Source: Bdellovibrionales bacterium
GTDB taxonomy: Bacteria > Bdellovibrionota > Bdellovibrionia > Bdellovibrionales > Bdellovibrionaceae
Reading direction: 5' to 3'
DNA length: 64,000 bases
NCBI GenBank assembly: GCA_031370005.1
Contig: JANMPT010000077.1
Span: 32,001 to 96,000, forward strand
Position 1 is the stretch's first letter; each line of letters begins with the position of its first letter. The notes under the pieces are model-generated. The model saw nothing but the letters and a program-made list of their open reading frames with translations, was not told where the DNA came from and did no database searches. Shown piece by piece: positions 21,168 to 31,668 of this stretch. The position numbers and the translations under genes are program-made.

Positions 21168-21184
21168 TTTGGGGGCGACAATGA

Positions 21185-21661
21185 CTATTTATACTCAAAA
21201 GCAATGATTTCGTAGTCTTTGTCACCTTTTGGGCTTTGTACCACAACTGAGTCACCATTCTTTTTACCAATCAAAGCACGGGCAAGTGGGGACAAAATTG
21301 AAATCATGCCTTTTTTGACATCGGCCTCATCTACGCCCACGATTTGGTAAGTAGATTTTTCTTCAGTTTCCAGGTCTACAACAGTAACGAAGGCACCAAA
21401 AACCACACGATCTGATTTGATTTCAGAAGTATTAATGATTTCAGCACCGGCAATTTTGCCTTGAATTTCGCCAATTCGCCCTTCAATCATGCCCTGACGC
21501 TCTTTTGCAGCATCATACTCCGCATTTTCACTGATATCACCATGGGCACGAGCCTCTTCAATAGCGCGAATGACTTCAGGACGGTCCTCAAGCATCAACT
21601 TTTTTAGCTCAGCATCAAGCAATGCCTTACCACGAACTGTCATTGGAAGTGTATCCGCCAT
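21185..21661 (-). CDS. greA: Transcription elongation factor GreA
   Basis: ARAHGDISENAEY, SILSPLARALIGK; AGGAG before ATG 21661. Confidence 0.95.
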   Translation of the reverse strand: MADTLPMTVRGKALLDAELKKLMLEDRPEVIRAIEEARAHGDISENAEYDAAKERQGMIEGRIGEIQGKIAGAEIINTSEIKSDRVVFGAFVTVVDLETEEKSTYQIVGVDEADVKKGMISILSPLARALIGKKNGDSVVVQSPKGDKDYEIIAFEYK

Positions 21662-21828
21662 GAGGCCAACTCCTTTAAAAATGAGAGTCAGGATTCTACT
21701 CATATTGGGACTAAACAGCAAGAAGTTATTGCTGCGCAGCAGGTTAAGTTTGTCCAGTTTGGGGCTAGACGGGGTACCCAGGACTCCTAAATCACATTAA
21801 AATAAAGCCTGTTAAGGGTCGGTGAATT

Positions 21829-22815
21829 TTGACAACAGTAACAGAACTTATTAAAGGATCACAGCGTATAGTTCTTTCCACCCATAGGCAGTGTGATGGG
21901 GACGGACTTGGCGCTGAGTTGGCCATTTACTATGCCCTTAAAAAAGCAAAAAAAGAAGTCCGTATTGTCAACGTCGACAACACCCCCCGCAAATACCGCT
22001 TCCTAGGAGCAGACAAAGTAATATCTCTTTTTCAGAATAATCCAGTGATGGACTTGAGTGCGGATCTTTGCATTATCTTTGACACCAATGACGAGCGTCT
22101 GCTGGAACCCCTTTTTTCAGGGCTTAAAAAAAATATTTCAAAGATCGTCTTTATTGACCACCATCCCCTTCTGAAAAATGGGCCTCAACCTGGAGTGGAT
22201 TCACATATTGACGCAACTGCGGCCTCCACCGGCGAGCTCGCCTACAATATAATCAAAGAGCTCGGTATCGAACTTGATGCCGATATTGCTAGAGCACTTT
22301 ACACTAGCATCACCTTTGACACTCAACTCTTTCGCTATATTCGCAGCTCACCAAAATCTCATTTGATTGCAGCTGAACTGTTACTTTATGACATCAACCC
22401 TCAAGAAGTACATCGTGCCCTCTTCGGAAATCAAACAGTGCAAAAAATGGCTTTCTTGTCAAAAGCCCTTGGTGAGATTGAATATTTTTGTCATGGACGC
22501 ATTGCAATTCTCTGTCTTCGGGATAGTGATTTGTTAGCCCACAATCTTGAGCCCGACGAAGCCCGCGACATCATAGATATGGTGATGAATATTGAAAGCC
22601 TCGAGGCTTCGGTCGTTTTTAGGGAAGATGCTAAAAACGAGTTTAAGCTGAGTCTTCGCAGCAAAGGAAAACTCGAGGTACTGTCTATTGCCGAAAGCTT
22701 CGGCGGAGGTGGTCACACGCACGCAGCAGGTGCCTTTATTAAGGGAATATATGTGGACTTAAAGGAAAAAGTCGTTAAGGATTTGTCGAAGAAAATTTCG
22801 CAAATTGGCTTATAA
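21829..22815 (+). CDS. nrnA: DHH/DHHA1 phosphoesterase (NrnA-like)
   Basis: H..CDGD, IDHH, SLRS, FGGGGH.HAAG. Confidence 0.85.
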   Translation: MTTVTELIKGSQRIVLSTHRQCDGDGLGAELAIYYALKKAKKEVRIVNVDNTPRKYRFLGADKVISLFQNNPVMDLSADLCIIFDTNDERLLEPLFSGLKKNISKIVFIDHHPLLKNGPQPGVDSHIDATAASTGELAYNIIKELGIELDADIARALYTSITFDTQLFRYIRSSPKSHLIAAELLLYDINPQEVHRALFGNQTVQKMAFLSKALGEIEYFCHGRIAILCLRDSDLLAHNLEPDEARDIIDMVMNIESLEASVVFREDAKNEFKLSLRSKGKLEVLSIAESFGGGGHTHAAGAFIKGIYVDLKEKVVKDLSKKISQIGL

Positions 22816-22825
22816 CTGAAAGACT

Positions 22826-23080
22826 ATGCAAAAAAAAAACCGTGCTGAGATCATCTGTCGCTGCAACAACATCTCCCGGGATGTTATCGAAGACGCAATC
22901 AAAAATGGCGGCTGCGATACTCTTAATAAAATTTTCGATGAAACCACGGCAGGAGTTGGGCCCTGCGGAGGTTCTTGCCGAAGAAAGCTAAAACCATTAC
23001 TTGATCATTTTCTACAAACAGGAACTTTCCCGGAGGTGATCATTGAAGACCTTACAGGAAAACCACCGACTAAAAAATAG
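22826..23080 (+). CDS. BFD-like [2Fe-2S] protein
   Basis: ICRC...GPCGGSC. Confidence 0.8.
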   Translation: MQKKNRAEIICRCNNISRDVIEDAIKNGGCDTLNKIFDETTAGVGPCGGSCRRKLKPLLDHFLQTGTFPEVIIEDLTGKPPTKK

Positions 23081-23087
23081 AAAACCG

Positions 23088-23555
23088 CTAAGCGCTCTTC
23101 TTATCAGCGACAGTGGCCATAGCGATTCCACCAGTTAAACGGTAATCAATCATTTTTTGAACGTCAGGACGACAGGTCCCGCAGGCTGTGCTTGCTGAGG
23201 TTTGACGACTAATAATTTCCGTACTATGAGCGCCCGCAATAATAGCCTGATCTATGGTGTGGCAAGTAACATTGCGACAGTGACAGACTTCAGCTTCCTG
23301 ATAGGGGTATTTCCACTCAGACCGGAGCTTTAGAATCAATTCACGCAAAAGAATTTCAGAATGTGAGCTTCCATTAGGAGTAGGCCACTGGCTTAAATCA
23401 ACACCAAAGTTCTTACGCATCAATTGCATAAGCCCCATTAATTCAGAGCAACCACGAAAACCAACCTTCGGAATCGCGTTCTTCATCTCGACCTCAATAC
23501 GGTCACGGCCTTCTAGTTCGACACTGAATTTTTTATTTCCTACTGAGATTGGCAT
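23088..23555 (-). CDS. Protein with C-terminal BFD-like [2Fe-2S] domain
   Basis: VCHC...TACGTC; short N-terminal domain containing GC. Confidence 0.78.
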   Translation of the reverse strand: MPISVGNKKFSVELEGRDRIEVEMKNAIPKVGFRGCSELMGLMQLMRKNFGVDLSQWPTPNGSSHSEILLRELILKLRSEWKYPYQEAEVCHCRNVTCHTIDQAIIAGAHSTEIISRQTSASTACGTCRPDVQKMIDYRLTGGIAMATVADKKSA

Positions 23556-23599
23556 ATTGGTATATTCTATTCAAATCTCTTTGAAGATAAAGGCTAGGA

Positions 23600-24406
23600 A
23601 TGATCTTTCTTATATTGAGCCGTGTTTCCAATATTTACTCCTCCCGGCGCTTGGTCCAGGAGATCAAAAACCGCAGGCACAGTGTCTATATTGAAAATCC
23701 AGAAAGCTTATGCGGAGGTATTTCTGCGGACATATTAATCCCTCGTTTAGGCAGCTTCCGGTACGAGAACTCCCTTTCAAATCTAATTCATTTGCAAGAA
23801 ACAAAAAAACCAAAAGTCACTCTTAATGGCCATCCCGCATTTCATAATGCACGAAATAAAAAACTAGCTCTTCAAATCTTAGCAACATTTCCTCAACCTC
23901 AATTATTTACCCAAGTAAATACTTACCCTGTAGTGGTAAAAGATTGTCTTGCAAGCCAAGGCGATGGGGTTTTTCTTTGTAATAATCCAAAGGAACTCGC
24001 GGACTGCCTTTATAAACTCAAAGGTCGCGAGCTTCTCTTTCAGGAGTTTATCACTGAAAGCAGGGGGCACGACATTCGTGCTCTTGTAATTGGCCCCAGA
24101 GTTATTGCCGCTATGGAAAGAGTTTCAAAAAATCCAGAAATCGAATTTCGCGCTAATATATCACTTGGAGGTCTTGCCACCTCCATTTCACTTACGAAAG
24201 AGGAGGAAAATATTTGCACGGCTGCCGTTAAAAGGCTGGGACTGGATTACGCAGGTGTCGATCTTATTAGATCACATCGAGGTCCCCTAGTTCTTGAAGT
24301 CAATCCATGCCCCGGCCTGGAAGGAATTGAAAAATGCAGTCAGATAAATATCGCTAAAGAAATTATTCTATATTCAGAACAGCTTTTTCATAGGATCCGC
24401 TCATGA
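23600..24406 (+). CDS. RimK-family ATP-grasp ligase
   Basis: YSSRRL, QEFI...DIRALVIG, EFRANISLGG, GVDL, LEVNPCPGLEGIE. Confidence 0.88.
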   Translation: MIFLILSRVSNIYSSRRLVQEIKNRRHSVYIENPESLCGGISADILIPRLGSFRYENSLSNLIHLQETKKPKVTLNGHPAFHNARNKKLALQILATFPQPQLFTQVNTYPVVVKDCLASQGDGVFLCNNPKELADCLYKLKGRELLFQEFITESRGHDIRALVIGPRVIAAMERVSKNPEIEFRANISLGGLATSISLTKEEENICTAAVKRLGLDYAGVDLIRSHRGPLVLEVNPCPGLEGIEKCSQINIAKEIILYSEQLFHRIRS

Positions 24407-25791
24407 TTTACCCATGACTCTTGCTGTAAATTCTTAATTAAAGAATCTCGACGAAACTGAAATATTCTTTCAATTTCACTTCGCACCAGAGCCCCCCCAA
24501 CTAGATTTCCAAAGTATCCCATAGGTAAACTGTAATGAACTCGGTCAATCATCAAAGTCCCCTCAGCTAATGGTCGGAATTCATGGCCGTGTCGCCACAA
24601 GTTGTAGGGCCCTTCTGATTGCACCTCAGTAAAATAAAAAGGTGGGTTCCACTCCTCAACGACTGCCCTCCACTTTACTGAAATACCATGAACCTTTAGC
24701 CGATATGCCAGCTTACACCCTAGTTCGATTTTATCCATAGGATCAGAGAGAATGTCAAATTCAAGACTTGGCGGAGTAATTTTTTGGAAATTATCAATAT
24801 TGCAAAAAAATGAGAATACTTTTTCCGGACTCCAGGGCAGGAACTGCTCACTCACAAAGATGTCTTCTTTCTCTGAATTAAATATGTTCACAAGGGCACT
24901 TTTCAATTCTGGATATAAAAACTTATAGCCACTTTGTAGTGCCGATCGAGGCACGGCCCTTTGGGATGAGAGCATCAATGTTGCCATTTCCCCTAAGGAA
25001 GTCCACAGAGCAAAGGCCGGAATTCTTGGGGTAAAACCTGCCCCTAAAACCGATGCCATAGTTTTAGTGAATTCCTCATTGGTAACCGGATTGGGGGATA
25101 CCAAATTCACTGGGCCATGAATCGCATTGTTATCTAGAATATGCATGACGAGCCCAACGACATCATCAATATGAATCCAACTCATCCACTGCTTGCCATC
25201 CCCCAGGACTCCGCCTAGACCACTACGAAAAAATGTTCGTAACTTATCCAGTGCTCCGCCTTGAGCGGCGAGTACCATTCCCGTGCGAAGAGCAACGATT
25301 CTCGTTGCAGAAGACGCTTCCGCATAGGAAAAGCTTAAAAGCTCCTCCTCCCAGTCCTGACAAACTTGCGCGAGAAAATCTTCACCGGCCGAAGAGTCCT
25401 CGGAAATCTCTTTATCGCCTTGAGGCCCGTAGTAACCTACAGCTGAGGCGTTGAAGAATATTCTGGGAGGTGTCGATAAACTTTTTATAAGATGACGCGT
25501 TCCAAAAATCCGTGACTCATAAATCCGTCGTTTACGAGCCTCATTCCATCGTCCACTTCCAATGGGTTCACCCGCAAGATTAATCACCACGTCCACCATC
25601 CTTAAATGGGCATTATTGGTGATCGGACCATCGACTAAATCCCCTTCTATAATTTCACAGGGAAATGGAAGTTGCTCTCGAGCTTTAACAGCATCACGAC
25701 TAATCACAAAAATTTCATAGCCTCTACTTACAAGCGCTTTGCCTAACTCTTTGCCAATAAGTCCTGTGGCTCCAGTCATTAATACTTTCAT
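24388..25791 (-). CDS. TIGR01777-type epimerase/oxidoreductase fused to SRPBCC domain
   Basis: TGATGLIG, SAVGYYG, QWMSWIHIDD; C-terminal KITPP, GPY..W.H.H.F, IFQFR. Confidence 0.85.
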   Translation of the reverse strand: MKVLMTGATGLIGKELGKALVSRGYEIFVISRDAVKAREQLPFPCEIIEGDLVDGPITNNAHLRMVDVVINLAGEPIGSGRWNEARKRRIYESRIFGTRHLIKSLSTPPRIFFNASAVGYYGPQGDKEISEDSSAGEDFLAQVCQDWEEELLSFSYAEASSATRIVALRTGMVLAAQGGALDKLRTFFRSGLGGVLGDGKQWMSWIHIDDVVGLVMHILDNNAIHGPVNLVSPNPVTNEEFTKTMASVLGAGFTPRIPAFALWTSLGEMATLMLSSQRAVPRSALQSGYKFLYPELKSALVNIFNSEKEDIFVSEQFLPWSPEKVFSFFCNIDNFQKITPPSLEFDILSDPMDKIELGCKLAYRLKVHGISVKWRAVVEEWNPPFYFTEVQSEGPYNLWRHGHEFRPLAEGTLMIDRVHYSLPMGYFGNLVGGALVRSEIERIFQFRRDSLIKNLQQESWVNHERIL

Positions 25792-25898
25792 AAAACCTTC
25801 TATTTTTTGACTTCTTACCTAAAGCGGATCAACTATTATAAGAACGGAATGCATTTTCATACTTTTTAGTTTAATGTCTATGAAACCTAAAGTAAAAT

Positions 25899-27299
25899 AT
25901 GTCATGGTTAAAAGATATGTCTAAAGACAAAAAAATAAACAAAATTAAGTCTTCTGTTTTTTCACGCAGCCTTTCCATGGCGAAAATGACTTTCAATGCT
26001 GGCGCTAGTCTAGCGGGGCACAATATTAAAAACACTTTTTCAACAAAAGAGGACAAGGCAAGTTCTTGGAAAAAGTTAGTCAAGTCCCAAGCTCAAGCAG
26101 TCAGTACTGAACTTGGAGAACTCAAAGGAAGTCTGATGAAGGCAGGGCAAATGCTTTCCATGTACGGCGAGCACTTTTTACCACCTGACGCCAATGCCTT
26201 TCTGAAAGGCTTGCAATCGAATTCCCCTGCCTTAAATTGGACGGTTATTGAGCCAGTTCTTAAAAAAAATCTTTCGACGGAGCAGCTGGATCAATTAGTA
26301 GTTGAGCACGAGGCATTATCCTGTGCATCTTTGGGACAGGTCCATCGCGCGCGCATCAAGGCCACGGGTGAAGAGATTGTTCTTAAAATTCAATATCCCG
26401 ATGTGGATAAGGCCATCGATAGTGATTTAAGAGCCCTTAAAACTCTTTTAGGGATAATGAAGCTCGTACCAAAGGACTTAGATCTCAATCCGATTTTTAG
26501 TGAAGTCCACGAAATGCTCGTTCAGGAAACGGACTATCATCTTGAAGCGAAGCTCACTCAGGCTTTCTACAATAAACTCAAAGATGATCCCCGGTTCGTT
26601 GTACCAAAAGTTTATCCTGAATTTTCAAATAACAAAATCCTTGCGACCTCCTACGAGGAATCCCATCGTGTCGATGCTATAGAAATTCAATCCTTATCTG
26701 AGACCCGTCGTAATCAAATTGCTATTCACTTTTTAGATCTCTACTTGAAAGAACTTTTTTCCTGGGGCCTAGTTCAAACTGATCCACATATTGGAAATTA
26801 CGGAGTTCGCCTCGAAAAAAATGGTCAAGACAAATTGGTACTCTATGATTTCGGTGCAACTCGCGAATACGATATCAAATTTATGGGCCCCTATCGTAGG
26901 ATGATTCAAGCAGCCCTTTATGCTGATGAAAAAAACCTGCGGAAAGCCGCCCAGGAGCTGCAATTCCTTGACCCCACGGATAAATCGGAACTCAAAGCTC
27001 TCTTCGAAGAATTTTGCTTCGAATTCGTTGAACCCTTTTTAGCTGCTGATGATCCGCGACTTCCAATTGGCGTCATGGATCAAGAGGGTAACTATGATTG
27101 GAAAAACACTGATCTTCCACAAAGGCTATCGAAAAAAATATTACAAGTTATTCGGCAACACTCTTGGCGAACACCTCCGCGGGAAATTATATTTCTTGAT
27201 CGCAAATCCGGTGGCGTTTTTATTTTTATGTCGGTCCTTCGGGCTCGTTGTCAGGGCCGCGATCTCCTGGTGAAATATCTGGACTCATCATCTGGCTGA
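25899..27299 (+). CDS. ABC1/UbiB (AarF) atypical kinase
   Basis: MKAGQ, ASLGQVH, KIQYP, QTDPHIGN, DFG. Confidence 0.9.
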   Translation: MSWLKDMSKDKKINKIKSSVFSRSLSMAKMTFNAGASLAGHNIKNTFSTKEDKASSWKKLVKSQAQAVSTELGELKGSLMKAGQMLSMYGEHFLPPDANAFLKGLQSNSPALNWTVIEPVLKKNLSTEQLDQLVVEHEALSCASLGQVHRARIKATGEEIVLKIQYPDVDKAIDSDLRALKTLLGIMKLVPKDLDLNPIFSEVHEMLVQETDYHLEAKLTQAFYNKLKDDPRFVVPKVYPEFSNNKILATSYEESHRVDAIEIQSLSETRRNQIAIHFLDLYLKELFSWGLVQTDPHIGNYGVRLEKNGQDKLVLYDFGATREYDIKFMGPYRRMIQAALYADEKNLRKAAQELQFLDPTDKSELKALFEEFCFEFVEPFLAADDPRLPIGVMDQEGNYDWKNTDLPQRLSKKILQVIRQHSWRTPPREIIFLDRKSGGVFIFMSVLRARCQGRDLLVKYLDSSSG

Positions 27300-29877
27300 G
27301 TTCCAAACTTATAAGATCTAAAAGTTTTTCAATAGCGATGGGCTTACTCAAAATTTTGACATTCAAATCTTGAAGCTCTTCGCCTAAAAAATGATGATAT
27401 CCAGACCACAAAATAAGCGGAATTTTTTTATTGATATCTCTAATTTTGCGCATAAACTCAGCCCCAGACATTCCTGGCATTGATAAATCCGAAATGATAA
27501 CAAAATAATTACTTTGTGATTCGGAAAAGACACGCATGGCCTCTAGCGGGTCTACAAATGCATCAACATGTAGGCCTTCAACAACTAATAGCTCTTTTAT
27601 AAGAGTGCCAATCTCGGGCTCATCATCAATGATCATTACTTTTTTATCAGATCTGAAGCTGAAGGGTTTCATCTTAACTTCTTCACTGTGCGTTGAGTTT
27701 GCGACCGGTAAAAAAATATCAAAAAAAGTGCCTTGACCATTAACACTTTTAACTTCAATAAACCCCTGGTGATTGTTAATAATTCTTTGCGCCGCTACCA
27801 TGCTAATATTTTGTGCATAAACCGGGTCGAAAATCTTTTCTATTTTATCACGATCCAATTCTTCGCCCTTGTAGTTCAAGCTCCAATTTACGTAAGGGCG
27901 ATCTTTGATTTGAGCTCGCCGCAAACTTACGCGAATCTCTCCACCATTAGTGGATCCGACTGCTCGCGCTGCATTCACACAAAGATTTAAAAATGCTAGT
28001 TGAATTTGGTCATGATTCGCATTGATAGTTAATTCTGCGCAATCTGAGAAATCAAGGCTGAGCCGAATTTGCGCAGGCAGTGTTGAATGTAAGAAGTCAC
28101 TCATCTCTGTACATATTTTTTTGATTTGAATAGGCTCAACGGAGGAGTCATCTCTTCTGCCAAAAGCGAGTATCTGAGTCACCAACTGCCGAGCTCTGTT
28201 CCCAGCACTTCTTATAATTTCCAAGTAATGCTGATCTTGAGCGGAGTCCTTATGCTCGCTCGTCATTTTTTCTGTCGTTGCCATGATTATTGCTAAAATA
28301 TTGTTAAAATCATGCGCAATCCCCTGTGCCAGGCTTCCAATGGCTTCCATTTTTTCTGACTGCAATGAACGCTCTTCAATTTGCTTTCGTAATTTCTCTA
28401 CTTCCTTGCGTATTCCGTCAGTGCGAATACGTTCTAGCTCAACCCCGGCTCTTGCTGCAAATACGGAAAGCACAGTGCGTTTTAAATCCAGATCGACCAT
28501 TTCCTCTTCGCTATAAATCATCATGATCCCATTGGCTTGCTGTTCCGAGTCCTGTAAAACCAAACCCATGCAGAACTCTACATTACGGTAACTGAGCAGA
28601 GGGTCTTGGGTGAAAATCTTACTAACAGATTTAGGATAAACAAAAAATTCTCCAGGTTTTAAATTACCAAAGGGTGTATTCTTGAGATCGTAAATATAAT
28701 TTGTACCAAATTGCCCATCGACTATGTTCACTACGAATTTCACTGAATTTAGATGCTCAGGTAGCAGCACCCCAATGGTCACATTCCGAACTGCAAATGC
28801 AGTGGAGATCTGCAGCCCCAGCTCACGTAGAAAATCTTGCCCTGTAAGAACCTCCGTTTTTTGTTGAATAAGGCGAATCAATTCTTCGCGGTTATAATGA
28901 TCTTCGAGATTTTTTCTTAAAGATTCTTGCCGCCTCTTCAAGAGATTTACCAGGTATATAAGTATCATCGTGAACAACGAAAAAATTGCAATTTCCATAG
29001 CACTAATAACTCGCCACCCGGTATAAATCGCCCTCCTGTTATATCCAACATAGGTCATGGCCCCGTAAGGGGCTAAAAATTTATAATAACCAATTTTTTC
29101 ATCACCATCGACATTGCTGCTCCCCTCAATTACCCCCTCCGAATCCATGCGTATATTTTCCGGAAAAGCAAAATGGGAGCTAGCAAGCAACCCACCTCTA
29201 GGAAACCGATAAATCACTTCGCCATCGTCACGAAAGATAGCAAAACTAACTCCCATAGGCAGCTCAAGTGTCTTGTAAAAGGACTCGAAGTCCTCAATCG
29301 AACGAGTGACCCCAATAACTCCGCTAAATCGACCCTCCTTAGTCCGTAAAATCTTATTAAGTACAAGCAGCTGCCTCCCATCTTTCGGTGAAATCGCCGT
29401 GGTCGTAATTGTAAAGTTTTTTTGAGTTTTCAAATAGTCAAATTCAGAGTCCTGCTTTTGCGCACTTTCTATCGTAGGGAATCCAGCCGACAAGCGTACG
29501 TGTCCGTCCACATCAAGGGCAAAAATCGACCGAACATTGGAACGGTCTGCAAAAGAAATCGCATCCGTAAATAAATTGTCGAATTCTCTTTGGCTTATTT
29601 TATCCAGACCGCCACGTCCCTGCACCTTGCGAGTCACATAATCAAGCGGCATGGCCATAGCCTCTAGTTGGCGGCGATTGATTTCATCCAGAGCCAAAGA
29701 CAATGTATATGTCTGCGCGTAGGCCGCCCTGCGGAGCTGAGATCTTGCATAAAATAAAGATATTAAAAGTAAGGCTCCTGGAATAAGAATAGTTAATCCA
29801 CAAGAGACCCATAAGTATTTACCGAAAATACGATTTTTTGTTTTCAAAGAATTATTAACACTTGTTTTAGCATTCAA
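27226..29877 (-). CDS. Membrane hybrid sensor kinase (Cache-like, GAF-like, HisKA, degenerate HATPase, REC)
   Basis: Two TMs, IAHDFNNIL, NLCVNA, C-terminal REC (IDDE, SDLSMP, KP). Confidence 0.85.
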   Translation of the reverse strand: MNAKTSVNNSLKTKNRIFGKYLWVSCGLTILIPGALLLISLFYARSQLRRAAYAQTYTLSLALDEINRRQLEAMAMPLDYVTRKVQGRGGLDKISQREFDNLFTDAISFADRSNVRSIFALDVDGHVRLSAGFPTIESAQKQDSEFDYLKTQKNFTITTTAISPKDGRQLLVLNKILRTKEGRFSGVIGVTRSIEDFESFYKTLELPMGVSFAIFRDDGEVIYRFPRGGLLASSHFAFPENIRMDSEGVIEGSSNVDGDEKIGYYKFLAPYGAMTYVGYNRRAIYTGWRVISAMEIAIFSLFTMILIYLVNLLKRRQESLRKNLEDHYNREELIRLIQQKTEVLTGQDFLRELGLQISTAFAVRNVTIGVLLPEHLNSVKFVVNIVDGQFGTNYIYDLKNTPFGNLKPGEFFVYPKSVSKIFTQDPLLSYRNVEFCMGLVLQDSEQQANGIMMIYSEEEMVDLDLKRTVLSVFAARAGVELERIRTDGIRKEVEKLRKQIEERSLQSEKMEAIGSLAQGIAHDFNNILAIIMATTEKMTSEHKDSAQDQHYLEIIRSAGNRARQLVTQILAFGRRDDSSVEPIQIKKICTEMSDFLHSTLPAQIRLSLDFSDCAELTINANHDQIQLAFLNLCVNAARAVGSTNGGEIRVSLRRAQIKDRPYVNWSLNYKGEELDRDKIEKIFDPVYAQNISMVAAQRIINNHQGFIEVKSVNGQGTFFDIFLPVANSTHSEEVKMKPFSFRSDKKVMIIDDEPEIGTLIKELLVVEGLHVDAFVDPLEAMRVFSESQSNYFVIISDLSMPGMSGAEFMRKIRDINKKIPLILWSGYHHFLGEELQDLNVKILSKPIAIEKLLDLISLELSQMMSPDISPGDRGPDNEPEGPT

Positions 29878-30051
29878 CTCGCGGCCCCTAAGGATGTAGT
29901 AATTTATTTACTTTTATAATTTGTAAAACAGACTTCCAAATAGATTCGTTCAAATTTGAAGTTCTAAATGAAAAACAAATAAATGTGACGAAAACAGGAT
30001 GGAATTATCCAAGCAATGGGATTGCCCACCAGAGCTGGCTCACGTCACTGC

Positions 30052-30669
30052 TTAGGTTGTTAACTCATTAGATTCAATAAGACGATGAAGGAACTGAATT
30101 TTTTCATTGATGTCATTGAACTCAAGAGCCATTTGCTGAAGGTCATAATCTCTTACAAGGTAAGATGAAAAAGCACCTACGATCTCTTCAGGACCTGAAA
30201 GACTCTTCATAAAAATCTCTTTTTGTTGTAAATCCGGGATATGGAGTCGGATCCAACGTGTGAGAATCTTTAATAGATGTTCAAGTTTTATTGAATTTTC
30301 TGGCGTTGGTATCACAACTTCAATGACCTGTTCAGCTTCAACCACCATATAAGGTGTGCCACGTTCGACGACTTTTCCTAAACGTACTTTACCCACGCCT
30401 TGCAAAAAAACTAAGATTGTACCGTTAAGTCTTTCTTCGACGATCTGTAAATAACCAAACCCTGCCACTGGACGAACAAATGTGACGGAACCCCCAACTT
30501 TCACTGGCATCACTTGAGATGCATCTTCAATAAACCCAATGGCAACAGGAAGCTTTTTTCCCGCAGCTACTCTGACCATTTCCAGATATCTTGGCTCAAA
30601 AATATTCAAAGGTTTTGTTGTCTTCGGAAAAAGACTGACGTTTACTAAGGGGAATAAAAAAACTTCCAT
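30052..30669 (-). CDS. Stand-alone LON N-terminal (substrate-binding) domain protein
   Basis: LFPL...LFP...LNIFEPRYLEMV. Confidence 0.85.
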   Translation of the reverse strand: MEVFLFPLVNVSLFPKTTKPLNIFEPRYLEMVRVAAGKKLPVAIGFIEDASQVMPVKVGGSVTFVRPVAGFGYLQIVEERLNGTILVFLQGVGKVRLGKVVERGTPYMVVEAEQVIEVVIPTPENSIKLEHLLKILTRWIRLHIPDLQQKEIFMKSLSGPEEIVGAFSSYLVRDYDLQQMALEFNDINEKIQFLHRLIESNELTT

Positions 30670-30736
30670 GAAAAATTCACTCCACAGATAAAAGCTTAAC
30701 TATAGGAAGGACGGCTGCCAAAAGCTAGGTGAAAAA

Positions 30737-31135
30737 ATGCAGACACAAAAGCCAATTGTATTTTTTGACGGCATCTGTCATCTTTGTAACAGCTTTGTTG
30801 ATAAAGTCATACAGTTAGATCGCCAGTCTCAATTTCAATTCGCCTCTCTTCAAGGTGAAACTGCTAAAAAAATCCTCAGACCTGAAGAACGCACCCATCT
30901 TGAAACTGTTATATTGCTAGAAAATAAGAAAAAATATCATCGTTCGGACGCCATCCTCAGAGTTCTGACAAAGCTTGGAGGCATCTATAAAATCTTTTTC
31001 CTAGGATACCTGCTTCCTCAATTTTTACGAGATGGCCTCTATGCCTGGATAGCTCACAATCGCTACGCTTGGTTTGGACAAAGGGAGTTCTGCCGTCTGC
31101 CAAAATCCGATGAAAAAGATCGCCTACTTCCTTAG
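30737..31135 (+). CDS. DCC1-like thiol-disulfide oxidoreductase (DUF393)
   Basis: FDGICHLC, FASLQ, RD.LY.WIA.NRY.WFG. Confidence 0.9.
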   Translation: MQTQKPIVFFDGICHLCNSFVDKVIQLDRQSQFQFASLQGETAKKILRPEERTHLETVILLENKKKYHRSDAILRVLTKLGGIYKIFFLGYLLPQFLRDGLYAWIAHNRYAWFGQREFCRLPKSDEKDRLLP

Positions 31136-31548
31136 GATTTCATTCTTAAATTTTTTTTGATCATTTCAAGGAGAGGACGATCCGCTTCCGAGAGGACTCC
31201 GATGTCTAAGTCCACAGGTCTAATGTACTGAAAAGCATCATGCTCTGCCAGTGCAAAGCTTTCATTCGGAATCGATGCCCAATAAAAATGAAGATGTATT
31301 TTTTTTTCTGGGTATTGATGAATGTTCTCACCAATTTTTTCCTCCACCTGAATATGAATTCCTATTTCCTCAAGAATTTCCCTCTGAAGTGCTGCGGCAT
31401 GGCCCTCGCCGGGCTCTACTTTTCCTCCAGGAAACTCCCAGGAGCCTGCGCCACTCATCCCTGGACCACGGCGAAAAATTAAGACCTCATCACCCCGATA
31501 GAGAACTGCAGCAACAACATGAATAGCCTCTTGATGATTACTATACAG
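31132..31548 (-). CDS. MutT-like NUDIX pyrophosphohydrolase
   Basis: WEFPGGKVEPGE...LQREILEE; frame open upstream through IHVVAAVL to a CTG behind GGGAG; start is inferred. Confidence 0.85.
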   Translation of the reverse strand: MYSNHQEAIHVVAAVLYRGDEVLIFRRGPGMSGAGSWEFPGGKVEPGEGHAAALQREILEEIGIHIQVEEKIGENIHQYPEKKIHLHFYWASIPNESFALAEHDAFQYIRPVDLDIGVLSEADRPLLEMIKKNLRMKS

Positions 31549-31668
31549 ACAACATCTCCCTAAAAAAAATCCAGACCAAAGTATATCCCCTCATTTAGGT
31601 TGAAATAAAGAAGTTCATTACAAAACTTGGACTTTTTTGCTATATTTGAAATAAATTAGGGAAGTGAC

